Source: an uncultured Candidatus Entotheonella sp. (GTDB lineage Bacteria > Tectomicrobia > Entotheonellia > Entotheonellales > Entotheonellaceae). Taken from it: a DNA stretch of 64,000 nt. This document shows positions 51,907-61,830 of this stretch, in pieces; the first letter of the stretch is position 1, and each line of letters starts with the position of its first letter. A program made the translations under genes and the position numbers. Location of the stretch: positions 2,944,001 through 3,008,000 of the forward strand of contig OZ244252.1 of assembly GCA_965217185.1 (NCBI GenBank), written 5' to 3'. Under the pieces are notes generated by a model. The model was given only the letters and a program-made list of their open reading frames with translations, searched no databases and was not told the DNA's origin.

Positions 51907-53082
51907 CTATTCCTTCGGTAGTCCCAGAACACGCTCGCCGATGATGTTCCTCTGAATTTCCGACGTGCCCGAAAAGATGGTCTCGGCCCGGCTGTAGAGG
52001 AAGTAGTACTGCAGGTCCACCGGCGTGGGGTAGTACGGCGACTCCGGGGAAAGCTGTGACAGCGGACCGAGCAGTTCCTGTCCGATCTCCTGCATGTACT
52101 GATCCGTCTCGCTCCAGTACAGCTTGTCCAACGAAGCCTCGGGCCCCGGCTCCTTGCCGCGCAGGTGGCTGGTGATGGTGCGGTAATTGTTCAGGCGCAT
52201 CAGGTCGACGCGGATGTAGGCGTCGGCGAGTTTCTGGCGCACGATGGCGTCGGCGCTGAGCGGCTTGCCCTTGCGGGTGGTCTTGCGCGCCACGTCGACA
52301 ATGTCGTCGAAGCGGCGCTTGACGCTGACCTGGGTGCCGAACGACGCGGTGCCGCGCTCGTGGGTGAGGGTCGTCATGGCGATGCGCCAGCCGGCGTTGA
52401 GTCCGCCCAGGAGCTGCGATTTGGGCACCCGAACATTGTCGAAGAAGACCTCGTTGAACTCGGAGCCCCCAGTAATCTGCTGGAGGGGCTTGACGGTGAC
52501 GCCGGGGCTGTGCATGTCCACCATCAGATAGCTGATCCCCCGGTGCTTCGGCGCCTCCGGGTCGGTGCGCACCAGGAGGATGCACATGTCGGCGTGCTGG
52601 GCCATGCTGGTCCAGATCTTCTGGCCGTTGACGACAAAATCATCGCCGTCCTCCACCGCGCGGGTTTGCAGCGAGGCGAGGTCGGAGCCGGAGTTGGGCT
52701 CGGAAAATCCCTGGCACCAGATTTCCTCGCCGCTCAGAATTTTGGGGATATAACGTTTCTTCTGGGCTTCCGTACCGTGCGACATGAGGGTCGGGCCGAC
52801 GATCATTAATCCCAGCAGGTTGGCCATCTCCGGCGCCTCGGCGCGGGCCATCTCCTCCGAGAAAACGGCCTGCTCGATCAGCGTCGCACCGCGCCCGCCG
52901 TATTCCTTCGGCCAGTGGATACCCGCCCAACCCGCGTCGTACATCTTGCGCTGCCAGGCACGGCGGTACTGAAAGGCTTCGTCCGGGTCCTTCGGCATCG
53001 GCTCCTTCGGCGCGTTGGCTTCCAGCCAGCTGCGGATGGTCTGCTGAAACGCTATCGCATTGTCGTCAAAACGAATGTCCAT
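51907..53082 (-). CDS. Acyl-CoA dehydrogenase family protein
   Basis: WCQGFSEPNSGSDLASL, NGQKIWTS, FNEVFFDNV, GTSEIQRNIIGERVLGLP. Confidence 0.95.
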   Translation of the reverse strand: MDIRFDDNAIAFQQTIRSWLEANAPKEPMPKDPDEAFQYRRAWQRKMYDAGWAGIHWPKEYGGRGATLIEQAVFSEEMARAEAPEMANLLGLMIVGPTLMSHGTEAQKKRYIPKILSGEEIWCQGFSEPNSGSDLASLQTRAVEDGDDFVVNGQKIWTSMAQHADMCILLVRTDPEAPKHRGISYLMVDMHSPGVTVKPLQQITGGSEFNEVFFDNVRVPKSQLLGGLNAGWRIAMTTLTHERGTASFGTQVSVKRRFDDIVDVARKTTRKGKPLSADAIVRQKLADAYIRVDLMRLNNYRTITSHLRGKEPGPEASLDKLYWSETDQYMQEIGQELLGPLSQLSPESPYYPTPVDLQYYFLYSRAETIFSGTSEIQRNIIGERVLGLPKE

Positions 53083-53242
53083 GGTGAACAAGCCCTCTCA
53101 CACGGTTAACTTGCCATCGCCGTCTCACGCGGGTCGAAATCGCGCGGTATCATACTGTGGGCCGCCCGGTAGCACAACAGGCGCCGGACGACGCCTCCAC
53201 AAACCGGCAGGCGGCGAACTCGTTTCCCTGGAGCCCCTACAC

Positions 53243-54274
53243 ATGCAGGCGTTCTGGCACGCGCTTCCAAAGCCGTTTTTCGTTCTGGCGCCGCTTGCCG
53301 GTGTGACCGATCCCGCCTTCCGGCGCCTCATCGCCAAGCACGGCAAACCGCACGTCATGTGGACGGAGTTCACCTCCGCCGACGGCCTCTGCGCGCCCGG
53401 CCGCGACCGCCTGCTGCGCGGCTTGGCATACGCGGAGAGCGAGCGGCCCATCGTGGCGCAATTGTTCGGCGCCAAGCCGGATACGATGGAACAGGCAGCG
53501 GCCCTGATGGCCGACCTGGGATTCGACGGCATTGACATCAACATGGGATGCCCGGACCGCAGCGTGGAGAAGCGCGGCGCCGGAGCGGCGCTGTGCATGC
53601 AACCCCTCCTGGCTCAGGCGATGATTCGGGCGGCAAAACGCGGCGGCCTGCCGGTATCGGCAAAAATCCGTCTCGGGTACGACCGCAACGACCTCGCGAC
53701 TTGGTTGCCCGCGCTGCTGGAAGCCGAGCCGGTTGCCATCACCATCCATGCCCGCACCCGCCAGGAGATGTCGCAGATGCCCGCTCGCTGGGACGCAATC
53801 GCCCAGGCCGTGGACATCCGCAACCGGCTTGGCGCGGCCGCCTACATCGTTGGCAATGGCGACGTCACCGACCTTGCTGATGCACGGCGCAAAGTGTGCG
53901 CCACCGGCGCCGACGGCATCATGCTCGGCCGTGCCATATTCGGCAATCCGTGGCTGTTTGATGAGCGGTGGGTTCTGGCCGATGTTCCACCAGCGGAAAA
54001 GCTCCGGGTGCTACTCGAACATACGCGCCTGTTTGAGGGACTTCTGGGGGATATAAAAAGCCTTGACACCATGAAGAAGCACTACAAGGCATACCTGAAG
54101 GGCTTCGATGGTGCCAAGGCTTTGTTTTTGCAGCTTATGGATGCGCACGACGTGAATGAGGTCGAGAGGCGTGTGCGCGCCTGTCCTATCCTCCGAAAAG
54201 CACCCTGGGAAGCCACAGAGCCACTTCTGGAAAAAAGAACACAACCAGCAGTCCTACCACCTGCAGGACCATGA
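53243..54274 (+). CDS. dus: tRNA-dihydrouridine synthase (Dus family)
   Basis: LAPLAGVTD, IDINMGCP, TIHARTR, GNGDV, MLGR. Confidence 0.92.
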   Translation: MQAFWHALPKPFFVLAPLAGVTDPAFRRLIAKHGKPHVMWTEFTSADGLCAPGRDRLLRGLAYAESERPIVAQLFGAKPDTMEQAAALMADLGFDGIDINMGCPDRSVEKRGAGAALCMQPLLAQAMIRAAKRGGLPVSAKIRLGYDRNDLATWLPALLEAEPVAITIHARTRQEMSQMPARWDAIAQAVDIRNRLGAAAYIVGNGDVTDLADARRKVCATGADGIMLGRAIFGNPWLFDERWVLADVPPAEKLRVLLEHTRLFEGLLGDIKSLDTMKKHYKAYLKGFDGAKALFLQLMDAHDVNEVERRVRACPILRKAPWEATEPLLEKRTQPAVLPPAGP

Positions 54275-55547
54275 ACTGCATCATGCCGTTGTAGATGTCC
54301 GACAGCTCCCACTCCGGCGCAACGCCCTTGAGGTAGTAGGCGGCCATCGCCACCGGCGGCGACAGGAAAGCCGTCTGCAGATTCACCGCCACCAGTGTAC
54401 AGAACCAGACCAGGGTCGCCTGCGGCTCGATGCCCGGCAACAGTGGGTTGGCCGGGTCCGACTGCAGGGCTTCGACGACGGGAAGAAAGATCGGCACGAA
54501 GATCAGCACGATCGCCGGCCATTCCAGCGGCCAACCGAGCACGAAGATGACCACCATCAGGATGATGATCATGGCCATCGGCGGCACCGGCAGGGCGAGC
54601 ATGGTATCGGTGATGAGCGTCGCGGTGCCCAGGCGGGCGAATACGGATCCGTAGATGTTCGAGGCCACGGCCAGGAACAGCACCATGCTGGAGGTTCCGA
54701 GCGTGCTCAGGGTCGCTTCGCGCAGCATGGACCAGTTCAGCCGTCCGTACAGCGCGGCCAGCAACAGGGCGCCCAAGGCCGCCATAGCAGCCGCCTCGGT
54801 CGGCGTCGCCAGCCCGGCAATGATACTGCCCAAGGCGGCGAATACGACAACCGCCAGCGGCACGATGCCCAGGAAGAATTCGCGGATCACCATCCAGAAA
54901 GATTCCGGTTGCTCCTCGGGTGGCAGCGGCGGCCCGAGTTCCGGGTCGATCTGGCAGCGGATGAACGTGTAGCCGAAATACAGCCCGGAAAGGATGAGAC
55001 CCGGCACGATCGCGGCGGCAAAAAGCTGCACCACGGACACCCCGACCACCGGTCCCAGAACGACCAGCAATACACTGGGCGGAATGAGGATGCCCAGGCA
55101 GCCGCCAGCCGTGATGACGCCAGCGGACAGGGCCGTGTTGTAACGGCTGCGCGTCATCGCCGGCGCGGCCAGCAGTCCCATGACGGTGACGGAAGCGCCG
55201 ATAATGCCGGTCGCCGTGGCAAAAATCGTCGACACGAACAACACGCCGAGGAACAACGAACCCTTGACCCGCGCCAGGATGAACTGGAACGATAGAAAGA
55301 GGCGCTCCATCAGCCCCGCCTGCTCCAGGAGGTGCCCCATGAATATGAACAGAGGCACGGCGGCCAGGGTCTCCTCTTTCATGATCTGCCAGGTCTGGAA
55401 GAACATCAGGAAGAAGACCACCTTGCCGAAGCCGATGTACCCGAACACGACGGCGAGGATGATCAGGGTAAAGGCAATCGGAAAGCCGATGAAAATACAC
55501 GTGATGAGGGCGACAAGAAGGATCAGGCCAAGGTATTCCGGATTCAT
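54186..55547 (-). CDS. dctM: TRAP transporter large permease
   Basis: LAAVPLFIFMG, GCLGILIPPS, ATPTEAAA, LSPPVAMAAYYLKG. Confidence 0.93.
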   Translation of the reverse strand: MNPEYLGLILLVALITCIFIGFPIAFTLIILAVVFGYIGFGKVVFFLMFFQTWQIMKEETLAAVPLFIFMGHLLEQAGLMERLFLSFQFILARVKGSLFLGVLFVSTIFATATGIIGASVTVMGLLAAPAMTRSRYNTALSAGVITAGGCLGILIPPSVLLVVLGPVVGVSVVQLFAAAIVPGLILSGLYFGYTFIRCQIDPELGPPLPPEEQPESFWMVIREFFLGIVPLAVVVFAALGSIIAGLATPTEAAAMAALGALLLAALYGRLNWSMLREATLSTLGTSSMVLFLAVASNIYGSVFARLGTATLITDTMLALPVPPMAMIIILMVVIFVLGWPLEWPAIVLIFVPIFLPVVEALQSDPANPLLPGIEPQATLVWFCTLVAVNLQTAFLSPPVAMAAYYLKGVAPEWELSDIYNGMMQFMVLQVVGLLVVFFFPEVALWLPRVLFGG

Positions 55548-56143
55548 AGGATGTCGCCTCTCAGAACGGGTGGCTCGCTTTCAATGAGGGGTTCGCCTTT
55601 AATGGCGGCGTACGCGCTCTTCATGAACTCCGAGGCCCCTTGGAGGATCAGGAGGCCCGCGGCGACGGGCACGACGGTTTTGAAGGGATAGATGATCGGG
55701 CGCCACGGGCTGGCATCCGAGCGCTCGCCAATTCCCCACGATTGCATTGCCTCTTCCCAGCCGGCAAACATGAAGAAGAGCATCCCCGGGAAGAAAAAAA
55801 ACAGGTACATGCTCGCATCCACGATGCCTTTCCATTGCACGGTGAACTTCTCGTACAGCATGTCGGTGCGGATGTGGCTGCCTTTGTACAGGGTGTAGGC
55901 AGCACCCAACATGAAGTGAGAACCGTACAGGATGTACGTCACGTCATAGGCCCAGATGGTGGGCGCGTTGAAGAGATAGCGGGCAAAAACCTCGTAGCAC
56001 AGGCCGCCCACCATGGGCAACACAAGCCCGGCAAAGAGCAGGCCCGACCCCCGCCCGATGACGGTATCGATGATGCGCACCGCAAGAACCAGCGCCTTGG
56101 GCGGCACCTCTTCCGGGGATGCGGTCTCGTTTTCAGCAACCAT
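55544..56143 (-). CDS. dctQ: TRAP transporter small permease
   Basis: YEVFARYLFNAPTIWAYD, HIRTD; four TM helices. Confidence 0.92.
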   Translation of the reverse strand: MVAENETASPEEVPPKALVLAVRIIDTVIGRGSGLLFAGLVLPMVGGLCYEVFARYLFNAPTIWAYDVTYILYGSHFMLGAAYTLYKGSHIRTDMLYEKFTVQWKGIVDASMYLFFFFPGMLFFMFAGWEEAMQSWGIGERSDASPWRPIIYPFKTVVPVAAGLLILQGASEFMKSAYAAIKGEPLIESEPPVLRGDIL

Positions 56144-56182
56144 GCTGGGCTCCCATCCTGGCAGCGGGAAAAGATAGACGCT

Positions 56183-56226
56183 AACACGCCCAAGGCCCGT
56201 TTGTGCAACCGGCCCTTGGGCGTGTT
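56183..56226. other. Intergenic hairpin between dctP and dctQ (mRNA stabiliser or attenuator)
   Basis: AACACGCCCAAGG...CCTTGGGCGTGTT inverted repeat. Confidence 0.6.
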
Positions 56227-56252
56227 GTTACCTCACTCTCAAGGGGCTTTCC

Positions 56253-57377
56253 TTACTTCAGGAAAATCAGGTCTTTCCAGTAGTAGTCACTGGCGAACTC
56301 GTACGGCGGCCACACGGAGCGCCGATACGGAACCAGCAACGAGGCATACGCCTTTTGGGATTCGACCACACGCTTGATGAAGGGATCCTCGGCCACTTTC
56401 TGCGCGAGGATTTTGTCGTAGGTCTTGAGAAAGGTGATGAGGATGTCGTCCGGCGTGCGGCGGACCTCGACGCCGTGCTTCTCCACCATTTCCTTGTACG
56501 CCTCGGCGTTCTGGCGCTGCCAGCTTACCCACCAGTGGAAGAAAGTGGCCTGCGTCGCGGCGCGCACGATCTCCTGGAGGTCGGGTGCCAAGCTATCCCA
56601 GGTGCTCTTGTTGATCAGCAGGTCACCAACGGTGGTAGGTTCGTGCATGCCGGGGGTGTAGTGATATTTCCAGACATTGTGGAAGCCGAGCTTGAGGTCC
56701 TCGATGCCGCCGACCCATTCGGCGCCGTCGATAACGCCGCGCTCAGCCGCCGGCAGGATTTCGGCGCCCGGCAGGGTCACGACGGTCATGCCCGCCTCTT
56801 TGAACACGTCCGCACCGATGCCGTAGATGCGGAACTTGACGCCTTTGAAGTCTTCCCAGCCCTCGATGGGCTTCTTGAACCAGCCCAGGGCCTGCGGCGC
56901 CGCCGCCAGGATGGGGAAGCTGACGACGTCGAGCCGCAAGACTTCCTGGTACCACTCGTTGATCAGTTCGAGGCCGCCGCCTTCCCAGATCCAGCCGAAC
57001 ATGTCAATGGTGTCCATGCCGAAGAGCGGCCCGTGGGACAGCGGCACGGCAGCCCAGTGCTTGCCGATGTAATAGCCGGGCGCGGTGTGGCCGCCGTCGA
57101 TGACGCCGCGCGCCGTGGCGTCGAGAACCTCGAACGGCCCCACCACGGTGCCGGCGGGCAGCGTGTCAATCTTCAGCCGCCCCCCCGACATTTTGTCTAC
57201 CTTGTCGGCAAACATCTCGAAATTGTCGTACAGCGTCAGGCCAGACGGCCAACTGGCTTGAAACGTAAGTGTTTTGCTCTGCGCCAGGGTCTCCGGCACC
57301 TCCCCGGGACCCAAGCCAAGCATGAGTGCCAGCACCACCAATGCGCTGCTCGCCCCTACCCACATCCGTCTACTCAT
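56253..57377 (-). CDS. dctP: TRAP substrate-binding protein (TakP-like keto-acid binder)
   Basis: Signal peptide; MSGGRLKID, GWFKKPI, KFRIYG, ERGVIDGAEWVG, PGMHEP. Confidence 0.9.
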   Translation of the reverse strand: MSRRMWVGASSALVVLALMLGLGPGEVPETLAQSKTLTFQASWPSGLTLYDNFEMFADKVDKMSGGRLKIDTLPAGTVVGPFEVLDATARGVIDGGHTAPGYYIGKHWAAVPLSHGPLFGMDTIDMFGWIWEGGGLELINEWYQEVLRLDVVSFPILAAAPQALGWFKKPIEGWEDFKGVKFRIYGIGADVFKEAGMTVVTLPGAEILPAAERGVIDGAEWVGGIEDLKLGFHNVWKYHYTPGMHEPTTVGDLLINKSTWDSLAPDLQEIVRAATQATFFHWWVSWQRQNAEAYKEMVEKHGVEVRRTPDDILITFLKTYDKILAQKVAEDPFIKRVVESQKAYASLLVPYRRSVWPPYEFASDYYWKDLIFLK

Positions 57378-57501
57378 TCCCGCTTCTCCTTCGAGTAAGG
57401 TCTCCCCCAAAAAAAGTGCGCCATCCTAACAAAGATTGAACCCCTGTCAACCCCTCGTGGGCGGCAATGCTGGCGCAGCAGCTAAGGTACAGGCATTGCG
57501 T

Positions 57502-58998
57502 TCAACACCAGACAGACAGCAGCAGTTGCTGGGTGTCTTCCCTGTCAACCACCCGTTGCCGCCTTTTCACGTCTGTCTCCGCCAGCCGATCCTTCGGAAG
57601 CACCGGGTTCAGATAAGCAAGCAGGTCGCCGCGCACCACGACGTTCGATCCCTCGCTTGCCCTGATTCGCCAGGTATCCGGCAAGCAGCAGAACTGGGCC
57701 TTTTTGAAGAAATGCCCCACCCCGTCCATGGCCTCTACCGCTTTCACGAACAAAACGTTGTCGTCCGGGACCTGCTGGAATACCGCCGGCGAATGCGTAT
57801 TGACAATCACTTGGCGCAGCGGGTTATCGGACCCAATGGGTCCTCGGGTATCCGCTGCGATATCGCATAGCAACTCCAGGATGGCCGGTATCCGCGCCGG
57901 ATGGATACCGTTCTCCGGTTCTTCCAGACAGAGCACGCCCTGGGTTTCCGGGTCCATCTCCAGAACAGCCAGGGCCAGGAAGCGCAGGGTGCCGTCCGAC
58001 AGCGCCCATGCCGGATGGGGGGTTCCGCCGTCGTCCTTGGCATATAAGGTCAACAGTTCTCGTTTCTCGTCCCTGTCGATGTAGATCTCGCGCGCATCAT
58101 CCATGAGCCCAATCAGGCGATCGGCAACCTGGCTATACGTGTGGGGTAATTTTGCATCTTCCACCAAACCATCACCTTCCCGTTCTCCCGTGTTGCGAGC
58201 CAAGCGGTACAAAGTGGCTGCCAGATGGCTGCCGTCCGTCCCCAAGCGTGTGGAGGCCGCGAATTCGTCTGGACGCCTGAGTGCGGCGGGTTCCAGTTGC
58301 AGCATCCGCCATGACTCCATTTCCCGACGAGCCACCAACACGGTGGGGCTTTCCGCAGCGTTGGCTACTGAAAGGACGGTGCGAGGCAGGTTGGCCGCCG
58401 GCCTGGACAAGGGGCCGCCACCGCCGCCGTCCTGATGCAGATAGATGATTCCGTTCCCGCCCTCTACTTGGGTCGAGATGAACGGCGCGTTGGTACGCCG
58501 GCCGTGCACGACCGATTCTCGCCAGTGTTTGACGCTATGGGGAAACAAAAGATGCTTCAAGGCATCGCGCTGGGAAATGTGCACCAGTTCCTCTTTCACA
58601 ATTTTGAGGGCTCCTGGTGTCAGACTGTCGCCGGTCTCCCGATAGGCAAGTTCCAGTGAGTAGCGCAAAAACGTAATGCTGGCCTTGGCTACCTGGCCCA
58701 GATCGTCAACGGCTGCCCTCGGCACGAGCATCTCCGCTTCAAAGGACATTTTGTCAGCGTAGCGGTCGCCTGCGCGATGAAAGAGACTGCGCACGTCTGC
58801 CGTGCGGCTATCCTGATCGCGCACGGAGGCCGCAGCCGACATAAGCGTTTGATTTGCCAGCGCACTCAGAAATCGGATGACGTCGAACAGATTTGACTTG
58901 CCCACCCCATTGGGTCCGACCACGCAGGTGAACGGACCAAAACGCACGTCCACATCTACCAGGTTCTTGAAACCAGAGACTTTCAGTCGGGTCAGCAT
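57502..58998 (-). CDS. ABC/SMC-like ATPase (AAA_21/AAA_15 type), stand-alone
   Basis: MLTRLKVSGFKNL, Walker A GPNGVGKSN, signature LSDGTLR, Walker B LEEPENGIHP, H-loop NTHSP. Confidence 0.9.
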   Translation of the reverse strand: MLTRLKVSGFKNLVDVDVRFGPFTCVVGPNGVGKSNLFDVIRFLSALANQTLMSAAASVRDQDSRTADVRSLFHRAGDRYADKMSFEAEMLVPRAAVDDLGQVAKASITFLRYSLELAYRETGDSLTPGALKIVKEELVHISQRDALKHLLFPHSVKHWRESVVHGRRTNAPFISTQVEGGNGIIYLHQDGGGGGPLSRPAANLPRTVLSVANAAESPTVLVARREMESWRMLQLEPAALRRPDEFAASTRLGTDGSHLAATLYRLARNTGEREGDGLVEDAKLPHTYSQVADRLIGLMDDAREIYIDRDEKRELLTLYAKDDGGTPHPAWALSDGTLRFLALAVLEMDPETQGVLCLEEPENGIHPARIPAILELLCDIAADTRGPIGSDNPLRQVIVNTHSPAVFQQVPDDNVLFVKAVEAMDGVGHFFKKAQFCCLPDTWRIRASEGSNVVVRGDLLAYLNPVLPKDRLAETDVKRRQRVVDREDTQQLLLSVWC

Positions 58999-59112
58999 GA
59001 AGCTATCTCCTGGACTGAAACTGAGGTGTCTCCAGAGAGGCGGCAGGTTTTGTTTGAATAGTTTCCGGAGGTATATCTGGTTGCCGGCGTAACAGCACGC
59101 GATGAGCGTTCG

Positions 59113-60342
59113 TTACCGCACCAGATGCTCATACACCGCCTGCAGGCCCGCGCGACCGATGCGCTGGCGGGCGAAGCGCATGCTGCTGACGCGGCGGTAT
59201 TCGTGCGGGGTCACCGCGTCATCGCCGTGGGCCAAGGCGATGCAGGCCACGGTTTCCTGCCCACCCTGAAACTGCTCGGCGCCGGTAACGGCCAAGCCCA
59301 GGTCGGTGGCGTTGCGCCGCCGTACGTTGCGCGCCATGGCGGCAGCGACCTCGGGGCTGACGATGCCGTGCCGGGCGACCAGCGCTTCGGGCACGTCCAA
59401 CAGGCGTTCCAGCGCAGTCGGGTGATGCGCCATGACCGCGGCAACGAACCGATGGTCCGGCGCCAGCGCGCTGCCCAATTCGTGGCCCACGCCGCCACTC
59501 ATGCCGGACTCCGCCACCGCAATCGTGAGGTCATGCTGGCGCAGCAGGTCGGCAACGGCCTGGTCGTACTCCACCGCATCGCGCCCGTATACCGCCTTGC
59601 CCAGCCGCTGCCGCACCGCGGCCTCCAGCGGGTCGAGCAGGACGGCAGCGGCCGCCTCATCAGCCGCCTTTGCTGTCAGGCGCACGTGAATCTCGCCGAG
59701 CTGCATCTGCGCCAGCAGGCCGATCGTCGGGTTCGAACCCTTTTGGATCAGGTCATCCAGGGTTTCGTCAATGTAGCTCTCGGTCAGCCCCAGGCACTTC
59801 AGCGTCCGTGACACCAATACCGCCTGCACCTGAAAGCGCTCCTTGAGGTGCGGCAGCACGGCGTTTTCCATCAGGTAGCGCAACTCCCCCGGCACGCCGG
59901 GGAAGCACACCACCGCACCGCCGCGCAGCGTCGGCGCCACGAAGATGGGCGCGGTGCCAACCGGGTTCTCAATCGGCAGCGCACCGGCGGGCGCATATGC
60001 CTGCCGGGCGTTGTTCTCCGTGTACCGGTTCCCCATCATCGCCTTGATCTGCTCCAGCAGGTTGGGGTGCAGTTCCAGCGGCACTCCGAGCACCTCGGCC
60101 ACCGACTCGCGCGTCATGTCGTCCAGCGTCGGGCCGATGCCGCCGGTCGTCAGCACCAGGTCGCTGCGGTCCACCGCCCGCTGCAGCGTCTCGACGATGC
60201 GGCCCTTGTTGTCCCCCACGGTGCTCTTGTAGTACAGATCGATCCCCAGGCTCGACAACTGTTGCGCGATGTAGGCGGCGTTGGTATCGATGATCTGCCC
60301 GAGGAGCAATTCCGTGCCGATGACGATAATCTCGGCTTGCAT
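59113..60342 (-). CDS. cinA: Competence/damage-inducible CinA (MoCF domain plus degenerate PncC domain)
   Basis: IGTELLLGQIIDTNA, TGGIGPTLDDMT, NPVGTAP, PGVPGE, HGIVSPEVAAAMA. Confidence 0.9.
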   Translation of the reverse strand: MQAEIIVIGTELLLGQIIDTNAAYIAQQLSSLGIDLYYKSTVGDNKGRIVETLQRAVDRSDLVLTTGGIGPTLDDMTRESVAEVLGVPLELHPNLLEQIKAMMGNRYTENNARQAYAPAGALPIENPVGTAPIFVAPTLRGGAVVCFPGVPGELRYLMENAVLPHLKERFQVQAVLVSRTLKCLGLTESYIDETLDDLIQKGSNPTIGLLAQMQLGEIHVRLTAKAADEAAAAVLLDPLEAAVRQRLGKAVYGRDAVEYDQAVADLLRQHDLTIAVAESGMSGGVGHELGSALAPDHRFVAAVMAHHPTALERLLDVPEALVARHGIVSPEVAAAMARNVRRRNATDLGLAVTGAEQFQGGQETVACIALAHGDDAVTPHEYRRVSSMRFARQRIGRAGLQAVYEHLVR

Positions 60343-60354
60343 GCCGGTTCTCTC

Positions 60355-60834
60355 CTACTCACTGTCGAAACGCTGAATGTCCAGGATGCGCAGGCGCCGG
60401 GTGCCCGCCGGCAGGACGATGTCGGCGTCGTCGTCAAGCTCTTTGCCGACGAGCCCGCTGCCCAGGGGTGACAGGTAAGAAATGATGTTTTGTTCCGGCA
60501 CCGCGTCCGCTTCGCCCAACAGGGTGTACGTCACCTCCTCCCTGCTTTCCAGATCGAGGCAGCTTACCCTGGTGCCGATGGATACGCGCTCGCACGAAAT
60601 CTGCAAATCCTCGATGAAGCGGGGGGAGCGGAGCTGTACTTCGAGATCGTGAATGCGTCGCTGGACCTGCTCCAACTGCTCGCGAGCGGCATGGTACTCG
60701 GCATTTTCGCTGAGGTCGCCCTCGGCGGCGGCGATATTCTTTGCCCGGCTCAGGTTCATCAGGTCCTCGGAACGCAATTTTTGCAAGTCCTCGGAGAGTC
60801 GTGCATGCGCTGCACGAGTGAAGAAATGGCTCAT
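60355..60834 (-). CDS. greA: Transcription elongation factor GreA
   Basis: GDLSENAEYHAARE, ISYLSPLGSGLVGK. Confidence 0.95.
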   Translation of the reverse strand: MSHFFTRAAHARLSEDLQKLRSEDLMNLSRAKNIAAAEGDLSENAEYHAAREQLEQVQRRIHDLEVQLRSPRFIEDLQISCERVSIGTRVSCLDLESREEVTYTLLGEADAVPEQNIISYLSPLGSGLVGKELDDDADIVLPAGTRRLRILDIQRFDSE

Positions 60835-61047
60835 AAAGTGTTACGTCTCCTCATTCTGGCTGGGATCCATACGGAAAAACGCGAAGGCACACACAATTTC
60901 GCACGAACCCCACACAGTGTCAAAGCGCCGGTCGACCGCACCCATCGGGGTTTCCGGCCCGTCCCGGAATTGTGCCACCCCCATCGATCTGCTACATTGC
61001 GCGCCAGTTTCGAGAACAACCGAACAGGGCTTGCAGGTGAATCCCGA

Positions 61048-61806
61048 ATGGTCACGCGCTTTCTCCGCAGGCGCCAAGCCTCCGATTCCGCCAGGAGTCT
61101 GATGCGCGCCGCACTTATCGAGGCTTTGCAGTCGCCCGCCTGCGCACTCTGCCAAATCGCCCAGCAAAACAACCCGCGGTACGTTGAAACGCTGCTTGAC
61201 GAGGCGGTCATCGACGTCGAGCAGCGGGACGCTTGGCGCGCCGCCAAGGGCTTGTGCAGTTGGCACGCCTGGATGGCCGTCAAGACACCGCAAGGCGCCG
61301 GCAGCTTGGCCATCCTGTACCAGGACGTGTTGCGGCATGACCTGTCGCAGATCGATCCCCTGACCACGCCGGACGGTGACGGACGACAGCGGAGCGCGCA
61401 ACGCCGGTTCCTGCGCCGGCTGCGAACGTGGCTGGAATCGTGGCAGGCGGGGCCGACGTGTCCCGCATGCCGTACCTGGGGTGAGCAGGAGCGCCTTTAC
61501 GTCCAGGTGCTCCTCAACGACTGGCCCGAGCCCGCCTTGTCCCAGGCTTTCGCGGCATCGGTCGGTCTGTGCTGGCCGCACCTGCGGCGGTTGGCGGCCT
61601 GGCAACCCCGCCACGAGCACCTGCCGGCTGTGCTCAAGGCCCAACGCGCCTGCCTCGAACGCCTGCAGAGTGACCTGGAATCGTTCATACGGAAGCTCGA
61701 TTACCGCTTCGCTGACGAGCCTTACGGCCGCGAAGCCGACGCTTGGCGGCGCGCGGTGTCGCTTTACGCCGGTACCGACGGCTGGCTGGGCAGCGCGCCA
61801 CAGTAA
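61048..61806 (+). CDS. Hypothetical Cys/His zinc-binding repeat protein (resembles DUF6062 from memory)
   Basis: Two repeats CALC...GLCSWH and CPAC...GLCWPH; C-terminal FIRKLDYRF. Confidence 0.7.
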   Translation: MVTRFLRRRQASDSARSLMRAALIEALQSPACALCQIAQQNNPRYVETLLDEAVIDVEQRDAWRAAKGLCSWHAWMAVKTPQGAGSLAILYQDVLRHDLSQIDPLTTPDGDGRQRSAQRRFLRRLRTWLESWQAGPTCPACRTWGEQERLYVQVLLNDWPEPALSQAFAASVGLCWPHLRRLAAWQPRHEHLPAVLKAQRACLERLQSDLESFIRKLDYRFADEPYGREADAWRRAVSLYAGTDGWLGSAPQ

Positions 61807-61830
61807 CCTGACGCGAGGAGCCGTTTCAGC

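Noticed and set aside
60490..61047. N-terminal extension of the 438-aa ORF
   Set aside because: Overlaps greA on the opposite strand; a start at ATG 61048 fits the domain boundary better
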